Source: Balamuthia mandrillaris
Lineage: Eukaryota
Direction of reading: 5' to 3'
DNA: 64,000 nt
NCBI GenBank assembly: GCA_031835245.2
Contig: JAVKOQ020000069.1
Location: forward strand, 124,001-188,000
Position 1 is the stretch's first letter. Every line of letters starts with the position of its first letter. This document shows positions 33,495 through 47,568 of the stretch, piece by piece. Position numbers and translations under genes: made by a program. The notes beneath the pieces are model-generated. The model searched no databases and was not told the origin of the DNA. It saw only the letters and a list, made by a program, of their open reading frames with translations.

Positions 33495-34187
33495 ATGGAT
33501 GACATGATACCTTCAGACCCACCACCAACCGTTCAAAGGCCAACGTTGGTTCGTTACAATAGTTGTTCTTCTTGCAAACATGTGCCCCCTATAGAACGCT
33601 AAAGCTTCGTTTTTTTGTTCAACCTGCTCCCCTCCTTTTTCTTCCAGCTAGCGCGCATAGCACAGACACACCCAAGCATGGTCCTTCGAGCGATGGAGAA
33701 AGCAGAGGAGCACCACAGGCTGGCGGAGCAGCTCAGCTTCACCGAGATGACGCTGTGGCGGTGCGAGGAGCACCTGCGGCAGATGGGCGCGCTGCTGGCC
33801 TCCAAAGAGGAGGGGCGGCGAGAGTGCAGCGGGTGTGCCGTCGCCAGGACGAGGCTGCAAGAGCTGGAACGGTTGATCCGTGAGAAAACGGGGGAGTTGA
33901 GAGAGCTCGAGAGACGGGCAGAGGAGAAGCGGAAGGAGCTCCAAGAGGTGGAAAGACTACAGGGCATAAATGGCCATGAGGCAGCGAGGCAACGTCCGCA
34001 AGTGCAACCCAGAGAACGGTTGAAGGTTCATCAAAGAGACCAAGTAGAGAAGCAAACGGAGCAACGTACTGAACGGTTCCTTCAGTTTTGTTCTTCGTCC
34101 ATCTCTGCTTCCTCCTTCTGTTGCACCTCCTCGTCCTCTGCTTCCCATACGCTGAAAAAGAGAAGGTGGACAGAGGAGAGCTGCTAA
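33495..34187 (+). CDS. Hypothetical small coiled-coil protein
   Basis: GC-rich exon 33648-34187 with coiled-coil character; first exon uncertain. Confidence 0.45.
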
Positions 34188-34243
34188 CAAACTAACACAA
34201 AGAAAGATAGGTCCTGTTTTCCAAAGTTTGATTTTGGTTTCGT

Positions 34244-35202
34244 TTACTTACGTCCTTTCTTGCCTTTCTTGCCTTTGTTCTTCTTTCGCCACTTGGGTCG
34301 CCCTTTCTTCTCTTTGTTCTCTGCCTGCTCTCTTTTTCTTATGTCAGGAGGCGGCTTCACGTAGAGCACACCATTGCGGTAGAATCCAGCGGAGGCTTTC
34401 AGTCCTCTCTCCCCGCTCATGATGCCGGCAAGTCCCACCTTCTTCTTGCTGGAATCTGCATTGTTGCTGTTGTTGTTTGCTTTGTTGGACACTCCAGCTA
34501 CATACATTCCCGTTTCTTTCAGCTGTTGGTTTTGTTGTTGTGAAACAGACACTTGGCTGGTAAGCTACACAAGAGAGAGAAGCGAGAAGAGAGAGCACGA
34601 AGAGACCTTTTTGATTCGCTTTTCCTCTCGCTCCGCCTCTTTCTTCTTTTTGCCTATCAACATGTGGTAGGGCATCTTTGGCTTCTTGCTGGCATGTCCG
34701 CCGAGGCTGATGATCTTTTGTTCATCCCACTGCTTCTTTCGTCTTCCGGTAAACTGCGAAGCACCTGCGAAACAGCAATTCGAACACACAGTAAAGAAAA
34801 GAGAAGAAAAGAGAGAGAGAGAGAGAGAAAGTGAGAAGAGCGAGCAAAGAAGAAATTAGCAAAGCTGGAGGAGCAAATGTATGTACCAAAGTCGTGCACC
34901 TCGCGAGAAAGCTCCTTCAGCTCCTGTTCTATCTCTTCGTCCGCAGTGAGCTCTGCACGCTTCCGCTTCCGCGAAGTCGGCTTTTCGGTGGGAGCCTCAC
35001 GAATCTTGCTCACTTTGGAGGACTATTACAATCAAGAAAAAAGAAGAGCAGCGACGATTAGAAGCTTATGTTGACGACTGTATCATTCAAAGGGGTTTTG
35101 AAAAAACCAAACCATGAACATCTTTCGCTCACGCCGCTCTCTTTCTGCTGCAGAAAGAGGTGCAGCGCCACCATTTTGCCGGCCGCCTTTCTTCTTTTCC
35201 AT
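34244..35202 (-). CDS. DUF4602/C1orf131(Faf1)-like basic nucleolar protein, multi-exon
   Basis: RKMFM|SSKVSKI, VHDFG|ASQFTGRRKKQWDEQKIISLGG..KKPKMPY and GFYRNGVLYV. Confidence 0.65.
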
Positions 35203-36309
35203 TTTCTTTCTTCTCTCTTTTTTTTTTTTGTCTTATTTTTTGTGTCGACGACATGATAGCTACCCTCCCTCAAAACAAAATAGTGCAGCTTTTATGCACT
35301 GCTTCTGTTCGATTTTTGCTCCAGCGTTGTCAGGCGACCATTCCAGGAACGAAAATCCTTGGAAAGTAGGCCGCAAGATCGGAGAAAATAAAACAAATCG
35401 GTGAGATTAAAAATATCACCATTGGTCCGGAGAATTACATATTTCCTTGAATAGGGGAAGCGGAACACAAGATCCCCGCTGGATGGGAAACCCGTTCGTG
35501 CTGGCTCTCTCTGCCTCAACCACTTTTGCGTGGCGGTGCGTGATGGGTGGACAAAACCCAATCGATCGTCGTCGGCTTCATCATCATCCGCCTCACCAGC
35601 GCCTCAAAAGTGATGATTGTTTTGTTTATTCCCCGAGCAAAAAAAAAAATAAAGTGCTGGTTTCGGAGGCAACTTTCCGCAAAGGCCAAAGAAAATCGGG
35701 AGGTGAATGACGGATAGCTCGATTCGGAAAACGCCTCCTCTCCCCGCCCCACCGCCACACCACACCACACCACACCCATTACTCGGCACGCTGTTTTAAC
35801 CCAGATCGGGTGGGCGCGGTGAGGTTTTACGTCGTAGTTATCTCAGTTGAGTTTTATTCGTCTGTTTCGACACGCGCAAAGTTTTCGTTTTAAAAAAAAA
35901 TTTAAAAAAAAAAGCCAACGAGGCTGAAGAAAAAAAAGAGAGAGTTCCTTCGCTTCGGTTGGGCCGAAGAAGAAGATAGATACACCAGAAGAATAAGCAA
36001 CAGAGACCTCACCAACAAAAAGACCGCCTTTTGTTTTTTTTTTCTTTTTTTAATAGAAGAAAAAAAAATATCCCCGTTCTCTGTTTTTTTTGTTCCTCCT
36101 CGGCTTTTTTTCATAAAGCAAAGGTAACACCAGTTCGTTTCTTCATTTGTGGTTTTTGTTTTTTTTTTTTGTTTCATTCCCTTTCCTTCCTTCTTTCTCA
36201 TCTTTTTTTTTTTTTTGTGGGTTATTCAAAAAAAACCTCCGATTGATCAACAACAAACACCAGCGAACACCAAAGGGCCAGCAGGAGGAAAAGCAAAAAC
36301 AAAAACGAT

Positions 36310-37299
36310 ATGGAAGACGAGGACAGCGGAGCGGCGACGACGACGACGGCGAGGGCGGTGGTAGGAGGAGGAGGCGAGGACTGGTCCGGCCTTTCTTCCT
36401 CTTCTTCTCCGTCCTCCACTTCTCCGCGGCTCTCTTCCAAGCTGCACCACTCGCACGAAAGACGGAGCAACCTCTCGACCTCGACCGCTCCCCCTCCCTC
36501 TTCCTCTCATCTCCACCCTCACCTTTGGAGCACTCTGCCTCCTACCCGACGAACCACCGAGGATTACCTGCACAACGACCTCGTTGGGGACGACATTGTG
36601 GAAGTGGAGTTTGACGACGGGGATGAGTTTCTTTCCCCACGAGGCATGGCCACAAAGAGAAGGAACAGAAAGGGCAACAACAACGTCCGCTCGCTGTTGG
36701 CCTCTCCCAAGGTGATGGTGCCGCTGGTCGGCTGCCTGTTCCTCGTCCTGGTGAGCGTGTTTGTGGGGTTGGTCTCCTTGGGACGCCGCTCGGGCGCCTT
36801 CCAGGAGCTCAGCTTGCAGGCGCAGCGCCACTGCGTGGCCAAGCACTCCTACTATCTTCACAATGTAAAGCCACACCTTGTTGTGGGAGAGGAGGTGGAC
36901 GACTTGTCCATGGTTTGTTCTTGTTGTCTGCTTCTCCTGTTCTCTTTCCGTTTTTCTCTCTCTCTCTCTCTCTCTCACTTGCGCGTTTCTTCTCTGCATC
37001 TCTCGTCTCTGTCATCACTTCTCTCTCATTCCAACGTCTCTTTTCTGCCTTATCTGTTGTTCGTTCTCTTCTCTCGTTCGCTTGTCCTCTCTTTCATACT
37101 TATTGTAAAGATGCAGAAGCAGCAACGAAGGCAAACTGATGAATCGATAGTATTGAGGAATGTGATAATATGGACTGGAGATAGCTCCGCTTCTCCTCTT
37201 CGCAACTACTCTCTTCGTATTGAAAGTGGAATCATCAGCGACATTCTTCCAAGTAAAATCTTTTCGGCTTGTATTGTGTGTTGCTCTAACTCCTCGTTA

Positions 37300-37342
<43 letters not shown>

Positions 37343-38615
37343 CGCGTTTCTTCTCTGTTGAAAAAAAGTGGAGAAGATGGATCGAAGAGCAAACGACGTT
37401 GTGCTCGATATGCAGGGTCGTATCGTTACGCCTGGCTTGGTATTCATCCTCTTTCTACCTTTATCCTTTTCATTCCTCCCTAACTCGATTTAATAAAAGG
37501 TGGATATGCACAGCCATGCGGGAGTGTACAGTTGGCCAGAGAACGTGAAGGCAACAGAGGACGGCAACGAAATGACACATCCGGTGACGCCACAAGTGCG
37601 AGTCATCGATGCGTTTGATCCCGAAGATCCTGCTATCCCAGTCATGCGCGCTGCTGGCATTACTACCATTCAAGTCTTGCCTGGTAGTGGGTATAGTTCT
37701 TCTCTTTATTTTCTTTCAAGTCGCTGTTTCTTCGCTTCTATCATCTCCTCTTTGATCTTCTTTGTTGTTTGTATTGACGCGAAGTAAAACAGAAATACAA
37801 TGGGTGGTGAGGCTGCTCACATGAAGCTGTTGGGTTCAACCATTCAAGATATGCTCATTCCAGATGCTCCACGTGCCCTCAAGGTTCATCTCCTTGTCTT
37901 GTTATGTTCCTTCTTTTGTGTTATTTCTGACGCATGAACCAACATAAGATGGCTTGTGGAGAAAATCCCAAAAGAGTTTACGGCAACAAGGACAAGATGC
38001 CGATGAGTCGAATGGGAAGCGCTTGGGTTATGCGAGAAAAATTGTTTGCTGCAAAACAATTGATGTTCGTCTTCTCTTTGTTTTCTTTTTCTGTTCTTTA
38101 GTTTCGCATCTCATTATTTTGTTCTTGGTAAAGGGAGAAGCAAGATAGATGGTGCTTGCACGAATATGAAAGCAAGGATCCGGAACCATACCCAGAAGAC
38201 TTGTCTCTCAATCCTTTAGTCGATCTTCTTCGTGGCAACGTTCGACTTAACGTTCATTGCTATCAGGTTCATATTTTCATTCTCTTTTTACATTCTGTCT
38301 TTGTTTTTGTAACAAACAACAAACAATACGTCAAACAGGTACAAGATTTGGAGATGATGGTGAGATTAGCGGCAGAGTTCAGCTTCAATGTTTCTGCATT
38401 TCACCATGGTTTGGAAGCCTATAAAGTTCCTCACGTCTTGAAGAGCGAAGACCACAACATCACTGCTGCTACCTTTAGCGACCATTGGGGGTATATTTCT
38501 TCTTTTCTTCTATACTTCTCGTCCTCTCTGTGTTTCACCTTTTGAAATAACCATATTTTTTTCGAAACGTAGCTACAAAATGGAAGCTTACGATGCTAGG
38601 TATACTTTATTCCGC

Positions 38616-38670
<55 letters not shown>

Positions 38671-40813
38671 TTCTTCTTTTTGGCTGATGATGACTCTTTT
38701 GTGAACCAAGTGTGCATGCACCAAAGATACTGTACGAAGCGGGAGTGCCTCTCGCTATCAAGACCGATCATCCAGTCATTAATGCGCAAGACCTCATGTA
38801 CGAAGCAGCCAAGGCCCACCACTATGGCTTGCCTGAACAAGCTGCTTTAGCTTCTGGTTTTTTTCTCTCTTTTCCTTATCTCGTTCTCTCTCACGTACTT
38901 AGCCACACTACAATCACAGTTACAAGTGTTCCAGCACGAGCGATTGGTTTGGATCATCGATTAGGTTTGATACGAGAAGGATACGATGCTGACTTGGTGG
39001 TGTGGGATAGATATCCTTTGTCCCTGGGAGCAAAACCTGCTCTTGTCTTCATCGATGGAGTGAAGGTAGTCGACAATAATAACACCAGGCCAGCAGCGAA
39101 GAAATCGATGGAAGCTCCACCCAAGAAAAATTCCTCTTTTCAATGTCCAGCTAATGTTGGACGAAGCGTTGATTCTTCCCTCTTTGTTATTGTAAGTTGC
39201 CTCAATATCTGCGTTCTCTTCCTTCTACTTTTTGTTTTTTGTCTTCTCTCTTTCTCTAACACTCTTTATTTCTTCTTGTTTTTTCTTTTTCGCAACCAAA
39301 AGGCGGGAGTAGATGTATATACAATGAGCGAGAATGAAGAGTTGTTGAAAAATGTAAAGATTGTTGTGCGCGAGGGTAACATCGAGTGCATTGGTAGCTC
39401 TTGTGAGGTACCATCTTCCGCATTGGTAATGAATATAACAGGAGGTGGTGTAGCCATTCCTGGTTTGATTGAGTCTTCAGGTATTTACTTTCTTGCTAAT
39501 GTTTTGGATGAAGTTGTGTTTAATGTTGATGCTATTTGTAACAAAGCTCCAATTGGGTTGAGTGAGATTGAATCAGAAGAGGCTGCATCTGATGGAGAAG
39601 CTAAAGGTAACGTCAACACGCTTGTTTCTCTTCCTTTCATCTGATTAACCTTCTCAGCTCTTGCTTTTCTTCTCTTCACCCTTGACTCTTCTTTGGTGTA
39701 GCAATCTTTTCTCGTTAGTTTTCTTCTCTCAAATACTGAATTGGCTTTTTTTTCCTAAAGGAACAATGGATGAACTATCCGAAATTGAAGCACAAGATGG
39801 TGTCCGACTTTATGGTCGTCATGTATCAGCCCAACTGGCGGCTGGTATAACGGCATCTATAGTGGCCCCCACCACCACCAACTCTCTTGTCTTGGGACAA
39901 GGGGTGGCTTTCAACAATTTTGGTCGCGTCATCGATGACGCTCTCATTCGTTCTTCGGTGGGACTACACATAAATGTTGGACAAACAGCCAAAGAAACAA
40001 ACTCTTTGACAGGTTCTATCTCAGGACAAATAGCTGCATTACGGAAAGCTTTTGCTGCTGCTCTTCAACAAAACGAAGAAGCAAAAAACGAAACAACGAG
40101 AAGAGAAAGTGCATGGCAGAAAGTTGTTGGAGGTAAAATGCCGCTCGTTGTACATACTCAACAAGTGGACGTTATTTCGGCGATGCTGCGGTTGAAGAAT
40201 GAGTTTGGGTTTGAGATGATAGTGGTAGGTGGCGCTGAGGCCCATGTCCTTGCACCTCGCTTGGCTCTTGAGAATGTTCCTGTGGTGCTTGCTCCTCCTC
40301 GTTGTGTCCCTGAACGGGTGTGTACTTCTGCTTTCTTATTTCTTTGTTAATGTTTCTCGTTTCTTGACCTAACCATTATTTTACTCTGGTGTTACACAGT
40401 TTTTCGATCAACAACAATGCAGCACGGATGGAGTAAAGCGGTTAGTTGATGCCGGCGTTAAAACTGGCTTGGCAGTGCCCGACCTTTCCAACGCTCGCAA
40501 CTTACGATGGGAAGCTGGTTTGTTATGCTCTTCCTTCTGTTTTTCCATTCTTTCTCCGTTCTCTAATCACCAATTCCAACTAAAATGGAGTATAGGTTTA
40601 GCGAAGGAAACGGGTCTAACAACAAGAGAAGCATTGACGACAGTGACCAGTGCTATCGCAGACATATTCGGACTGGGCGGTGGTCACGGACGCATCAAGC
40701 AAGGCACTGTGGCAGAGCTGGTGGTCTTTGATGATGATCCGCTTTCTTTGCACTCTCATCCTCTGCTGGTGATCGTCGGCCACCACCTCGAATGCAGGCC
40801 TCAACAACTGTAA
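36310..40813 (+). CDS. Membrane-anchored double-domain amidohydrolase, multi-exon
   Basis: TM segment, DMHSHAG, MACGENPK, VHCY, FHHGLEAYK, TDHPV, GYDADLVVWD; the second domain ends GRIKQGTVAELVVFDDDPL. Confidence 0.85.
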
Positions 40814-40924
40814 CATTTTTTTTCCGTTTTCCTTTAACTTTTAACTTTTGTTTGTTTAAACTTATTTATTATTTTACAAAAAAAAATGCACATTGATACT
40901 TGCACAGTTCAGTCGATAGTTTTT

Positions 40925-40977
<53 letters not shown>

Positions 40978-41411
40978 GAGGGAGTGAAGTGCTCACTATT
41001 CTCAACCTTTATTTATCTATTGGAGGAAGATAGGGAAGAGGAAAAACAGGTCATGTTTCAAACCAACGGGATCCCCCGGCAGCGTTGCATGAGGTTCTCC
41101 ACACGCGTTTCAGTTGACTCCTAATGAAGTGTTTCTGAAAAAGAACAGCAGATAATGGACACGTCCCTCCACAAGGAGCAAAACGGAAGCACAAGGGCAT
41201 TCGACGTTTTTTCACTTCTCTGCTACGCCACCAACCAGAGCCACAAACAACATCAACAACAAGTAGCACCACCACCGCTACCTTTTTCTTCTCCCTCATC
41301 ACTTCCTTCTTCTCCGCCGTCCTTTCCTTCTTCTACTCCGTTTTTTGTAGACCCCTGTTGGCACTTCTCTCTTTGTCTTTTTCTTCGACTTCATCAACAA
41401 CAACGACAACC

Positions 41412-41908
41412 ATGTTTTGGGTGGAAGCGGCGTTGGGGCTTGTGTTTGCGGTGGCGGTATTTGTGGGCGTCGCGGTGGTGGCCTACCGGCATCACAAACA
41501 GAGGGAGCAGCGCCACGACAGGGAGCAGGAGAAGGTTTTGAGGGAGTTTCGAGAGAGAAAGCTGGCCAAAACCCACCAAAGGTTTTTTTACAACGCTCCA
41601 CGCTTTTTTAAAATTTCTTGTTCTTGTTCTTCTGCTTCTTCTGCTTCTTCTGCTTTCATCTTCCTTCCTTCTTTGTTTGCGCCATAACTTTGTCATTCTT
41701 TCTCACTTTTTACCATATAACAAGGACTGCGGCCAAGAAAGAGGCAGAGGCGTTACTGGCGGGCCACTTCCACTTCTTGATTCTTCTTTTGCTTTTCTCC
41801 GCCGCCCCACTTATTTTCTGACCAGGTGGTATGAGCGCGAAGACTGTTCGTACTAAAGCTCAGGTGGCCTTATCTGTTGTACGACTCAGAGAGGAAGCTG
41901 TTTTCTAA
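41412..41908 (+). CDS. Hypothetical small single-pass membrane protein
   Basis: MFWVEAALGLVFAVAVFVGVAVVAYRHHKQRE..., with plausible GT-AG introns. Confidence 0.45.
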
Positions 41909-42194
41909 ATTCCTGGAACAGTATGCGCATGAGCACGAAAAGTAGAAATGATATGAGGAATCGTTTTTTCTTGCTTTTCTGATAGGATTCTAATGCTTTA
42001 CCAAAATTTCGCTCTCGATGCACCAACTATTCCTTACAAACCGAACATTTCCAGGTATTTGTTATGATGGAATACCTTTGTTAATTGTGGTTGTCGGACA
42101 ATAGCACGTGTTGTTGGCAAATTGTAACATTGCACATAAAAGAGCGTTGAGAGATTGGTTTAAACACTTAACCCACAGTAAAAGACAGAAAACA

Positions 42195-42584
42195 ATGAGG
42201 AGCAACCATCATGGTGGCGCGACCCACGTTACCTCCAGCCAAATCTTCCGCTTGGACGTGAATTTTACGGAGAAACTGCCTCACGGGCCCTACGTGGAGC
42301 AAGGGCAAGGCCCCACCAATTTCGCTGTCTACATTCATCCCACGGCCACCGTAGGGGACGTTCACTCCGTATTTTACCGGTTCTTCGATGAGACCATCCA
42401 GAGTCAACAGGAGGGAATGCCCAGAGTGGCAAGGGTGAAGGTAAAGATGAGAATCCTGGAGACAAAGTGCAAGGGCGGAGCGGTGACCGAGGGAGAGAGG
42501 TTGCAGGACCTAATGGAGTCGGGAGAAAACCTCTCGTTGACAGTGCGACAGACAGCGGCAGTGGGGTGTTGCACGCTGTTCTGA
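42195..42584 (+). CDS. Small intronless CaaX protein, possibly ubiquitin-like fold
   Basis: FAVYIHPTATVGDV...LQDLMESGENLSLTV; ends GCCTLF*. Confidence 0.6.
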   Translation: MRSNHHGGATHVTSSQIFRLDVNFTEKLPHGPYVEQGQGPTNFAVYIHPTATVGDVHSVFYRFFDETIQSQQEGMPRVARVKVKMRILETKCKGGAVTEGERLQDLMESGENLSLTVRQTAAVGCCTLF

Positions 42585-42854
42585 ACTCTTCCTTTTTTTT
42601 TTTTTTGTTTGTTTCCGTAGAAACCCAGATATCATAATATAAACAACTTCAGTTTTCCTCCTGGTTTTCTTGTTCTGTCTCCTGACCGGTCATAAGTAGA
42701 CCAAAGTGAAAAAAGAAATGAGCTTTTAACACAAAGTAACGATTGCGTTGTTATGCGAAAGAGGAAAAGAAGGTGGAAGGCCGAAGAGAATTCCTAAAGA
42801 AAGAGGAAGTAAAAGAGGAAGAGGTGACGAAACTAATGGGATCAGATCGTCTGT

Positions 42855-43951
42855 GTTGCATGAAGTTCTGCCAAAAGAGTTGGTGGAATTCATATCCATG
42901 CTGAAACAACCTCGCCAGAAAAATAATGCGCAACCACCTGAGGACTCTCCAAGCCGCCAACAGGACTCTCCAAGCTTGGGGGAAACCGTCCCTTCTTGCC
43001 AGAAGGAGAGGACTGGCCCAAGTGCGAGAGCTGCGGTGTTTCCCTGGAATTCGTGTTTCAACTGCACACAAGGGACCTGCCGCCAAGCCTCAAGCGAGGA
43101 GTAGAGGAGGGCCCTTTTCTGAGTCGAGCTTTGGGGACCGTTTGCACTGTGATGACCTGTTGTTGCAGTGCTTCAAGTTTTGCGAGTATTATGGCGAGAA
43201 TGATGATGATGATGATTGCAAAGGGGATTATATAGAGACAAGCGTGGTGCGTTGGGTGTGGGCTCCAGTGAGGCCAGTCTTTCCCAATCTCAAATGGAGA
43301 GCTGCAGAGGCTGTGTTGGCCTTTCGTCGTCAACACCCAGAGAAAGAGAAGGAGAACGTGGAGGAGAGGAAGGTGGAGGAAGAGGAAGAGGAAGAGGAAG
43401 AGGAAGAGGAAGAGGAAGAGGAAGAGGAAGAGGAACAAAAAGAACTGTTCCCAAAATCCGAAGAGACAGGTTCACCGTCGTTGGGCGAAGTGCTGCCATA
43501 AGACCTCATGGAATTCATTTCCGTGGTGAAACAAACGCTTCCAAACACCAATCAGCAACCACCGAAGAACCTCAGGGTGGGGTACAACGAGGAAACGGTG
43601 GTTGGATGGAGCAGGTGTGAGGACACACCTGGTCACGACAAAGTGGTGGAAAACAGGTTGGGCCGAGAGATGACCGCTGAAGAAAAGGCCCTCCCCTCTG
43701 TGAACAGCACCTTCAAGCTTGGCGGCTGGATGGAGATACCATTTTATGAAGACTCCTTGCTCCCTGAGCCTTGTTGTGCGGAGTTTGTATGCTTCGCTGA
43801 TATTAGTGGCCTTGGCCTCCAGGATAACTCCTATCAGTTCCTTGGGCAATGCAACAAGCACAACCAACAAGTGCTGGGCTTCGTAGGGCACTACCTATAT
43901 TATCCTGAATGTTATCATCTTTGTTGTCTTCTGCAAATAAAAAGTTATTGA
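42855..43951 (+). pseudogene. 5'-truncated, disrupted inverted copy of the 7955-9214 gene
   Basis: Near-identical sequence from 42961, with a 1-nt deletion near 43135, CAA>TAA at 43499-43501 and loss of the original stop. Confidence 0.85.
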
Positions 43952-44025
43952 ACGCCAATGTTGATGACGATGCTCTTTTATATTATGATGAATACTCATT
44001 AGTAGATGATTAATCACTCGGAAAA

Positions 44026-44068
<43 letters not shown>

Positions 44069-44080
44069 GAGAGTTGAAAA

Positions 44081-46966
44081 CTAGAGAGGAGTGGTCAATC
44101 GTTCCAGCCGGTCCAGAAGCAAGTTCGCTTCCTGCTCGAAGCTCAGATCCGTAACATCCACTTGCTCTTTGCCTTTTTTGTCAGGCTCTTCTTCTCTCAC
44201 TTCACGTTCTGCATCTGCTTCTTCTTCCTCCTCTTCCCCTGAAGAAAGATGGCTTTCGTTGAGAGGAATCGTGTAATCCAAATCAATGATGCTATCAAAG
44301 AGAGATCCTCCTCCGTTGTGATGTTGCTGCTTGTATTGTAATGGCGTCGTTGATGATGACGATTCTGTTTTATTTTGATACAAGAGCGGTATGTAAGAAT
44401 AATGATGGTCAGAATAAATGAGGCGAAGGAGAAATGAAGAACATGACGAAGGCTATGAAGAACAAGAACAAGAATACTAACGAGAACAAGGAGGAGAAGG
44501 AGCATTACCAAAGCCATTTTCATGATCTGAAAAGAGCGCTCTGGAACGAGAGTTATTTTGAGAACCACTTTTTGTTGCATGAGGTACAGCGGAAGCGGGT
44601 GTGGTAGATACAGTACGCAAGTAATATACTTCTCCATTTTCGCTTCCTCTTCTTCCATGTGTTTTTGTTGATGTACTTCTTCCATTCTCATGTTGCTGTG
44701 GGAAAGGCGTATTCCTTGCAGAGGTTGAAACAGAAGAAGTAGTGGAGAGCCTGTCTTTGAAGGCAGGAGAATGTTGTACGGAGCGACGAAACTTTGAAAA
44801 CTCGGAAGACGGAGTTTTTGTATCTTTAATGACTGAAGAGGAATGGGATGTTGACGGAGTGCTCGGTGACGAAAACGGAGCAGAAGACGAGGCGCCATTG
44901 TCAAAGTGGGACGATGAAGGTCTTGCAATAGGGGAAGGTGCGACGGATTGGTGCTGAGAACCTAAACAAGAAAAGTTAAATATGTTCTTCCCTCAGGAGA
45001 GAGAGAGAGAGAGAGAGAGGGGGGGAGGGAGGGAGAGGGAGAGAGAGGGACTCAAAGCAAGATATTATGAGAGAGACCTGGAAAAAGAGAAGGACTTAAA
45101 GGTGTATCCAGATGCGTTCGAGAAGAAGAGCCAATTGCAGAAGAAGAAGTAGTGGTGGGAGGATTTCGTTTTGTTCCTATGTTTCTTTTAGGTTGTGGTT
45201 TAGGCGTTTTGAAAAGCGTCGTTGGCGATTCAGCAGATCCAACTGCATTGTTACTTGTTGCCTTTGGTTGCGTGATTGAGTCGTTCATGGTGCTAGTTCC
45301 TCTTCCGTGATGACCGTTCATTGAAAGTTGCTCTTCTAAAAGCTAAGACACAAGCATATATTAAGTTATATAAAGATAAAGGAATGAGGAGAGAGAAAGT
45401 GAGAGAGAGAGAGAGAGAGAGAGAGGAGAAGGAAATGCAAATGCATTACCTTTAGTCTTTTCTCCCGATCTTCCAAGAGGCGGTGTTCTCGTTGATATCT
45501 GGCTAATTTGTCTTGCAGCTGTTGTTGTTGAATTATTATATTGTCTTCTTTCGCTCTTAACTCTTCCTGTTATATTTGTCAGAGAAGAGGAAGAGACAAG
45601 ATAAAGATAAAAAGCAAAAGAAAGGTACGAAACTCTTTCGGAGTCAACGCGCAAACGAGCAGCATCTAAATGTCTTTGCTGCTGACGAAGGCTGTCCTCC
45701 CAACTTTGAAACTGTTCCTCTTTCTCTGCTACTTCTTCGAGCAATGTAGCTTTCGCCATGTCCAACGTATCTCGTTCAGCCTTTAAACGATTGGCGAAGG
45801 TTTCCAAATCCGATTTGAGTTGTTGGAACTCCTTCTCTTTGCTCTGAACCAAGTCGTTAAACTTTTGCATGTCTTGTAGCTTCTTCTCTTCCCACCGTTT
45901 TTCTGCGTAATAAAACCAATTTAGTAACATAACGTTGAGATTACCTTCTTCGCTATTCTTTGTGCCTGCCTCTACTGTTCTCTGCTTCTTATTATTGGTT
46001 CTCTCATTTTCTCTGCTGCGCTTTTCTGCTTCTCTGTTCTCTCTTCGCCTCCCTACTCTTCAAACCTTGGTCTAAGAGCTCTTGTTCTTTCTTGCGAAGT
46101 ACCTCGAGAACTTTGCGTTGCTCTTTGCGGTATTGCTGCACCATTTTTTCCTGCAAGTGTACCCTCTTCTGAAACTGCTGTATGTGGCTCCACAACTTCT
46201 TCTTCTCCTCCACCAACTGGTTTTGTTGGCGTTGGTCCTCTTCTTTCTGTTGTTCCTGCTGTGGTATTCCTCCTCCAAAATGGTATTGTTGATGTGGGTG
46301 TGGTTGTTGCTGAAAAGGCGGGGAGAAAGAAGACGATGAAGGAGAAGGAGAAGAACGGTAAAGAGGGGCCGTTGGTTGATGATGAGAGGCATTGGTGTTG
46401 CTATGAGCGAGAAAAGAGGAAGAGGGAGTGGAAGCAACGGAGGAGCCCTTCTCCGACCACATAGCGGTCGTTGTGGAGGGAATGTATTGGTTATTTAGCC
46501 ACGCAGCAGAGGTGGATGAAGAAGCAGAAGAAGGAGAAGGAGAAGAAGAAGAAGGAGAAGGAGAAGGAGAGGCACGGCGTTGATGCGATGACAAAGAAGC
46601 AGAGGAGGAGGAGGAGGATGGAAGAGGTGTTTGTTGCGGCATTTCGCTTCGGCTTACATAAGTCGTGGACGGCGTTGTTGTTGAAGAAGAGTAGTATGAA
46701 TAGGGAGAAGGAGAAGCAAAAGAAGAGGAGTAGTTTCCATCTTGCCTATCTGAAGGAACAAAAGCAGGGCGAGAGGAGGAAGCAAAAGAAGTAGCGGACG
46801 GAGTGGCGGCAGTAGCGGCGTGGCTCAGTTGCTGCGAAACAGAGTTTTCGAGAGTTTCCAAGGTCTGGAGCAGAGAGCGTAAACTGTTGGGGCTGTCGTC
46901 ATCCACATCCCTTCCCCGTTCGGATTTCCTGTCAGCTGGCCCTGGAGGAACGCCGCGACCGGACAT
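44081..46966 (-). CDS. Hypothetical Ser-rich/coiled-coil protein, multi-exon
   Basis: Long open exons separated by CT-rich introns; no recognisable domain. Confidence 0.6.
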
Positions 46967-47568
46967 TGAGAGCTCTTCCCCTTCTCTTCGTCTTCCACTT
47001 TCTTCTTCGGGTATGCCCGGAATGCAAGATATGCAAAATATCTTTCGTGTCGACAATTTTTGGTTAAAAATTCTTAAAATTTTTTAAATAACTTGCATAT
47101 TTGTAAATAATGTCGACAATTTTTGTATATAAATGGGCAAAACATTTGCGCCCCTTTGCGTCACAAAGACAAGGGAGAGGAGAGAGAAATAGAGCGGTTC
47201 GGAGGAGGACAGGAGAGACGTGGGAGAGTCTGATTAGGAAAACTGAGTTCGGAAGAAGTTGGCCTTTTTTTTTTTGGTTTTGTTAGAAAGTGGACAGCAA
47301 ACAGAGTGGCATCCGGCAGGCATCACCACCTACCCAGAAAAGAACAGCAAGTCCAACCGTTGTGAAGAAGAGTGGACGGACAAAGAAGCACAACAAGAGA
47401 CATTTTTAAACTTTGGTTTCTGTAAAATAGCACCTTCTCGCTTGAGTTACAAGGCACGTCGCACGTCGTCAAGGAGTTTGGTCATTTCTCTCTGTTTGTT
47501 TGGACTCCTGGCTTATTCAAGGAATCTCTAACAGAAGTTCAACCTGGAACATACCGTTCCAATTGAGC

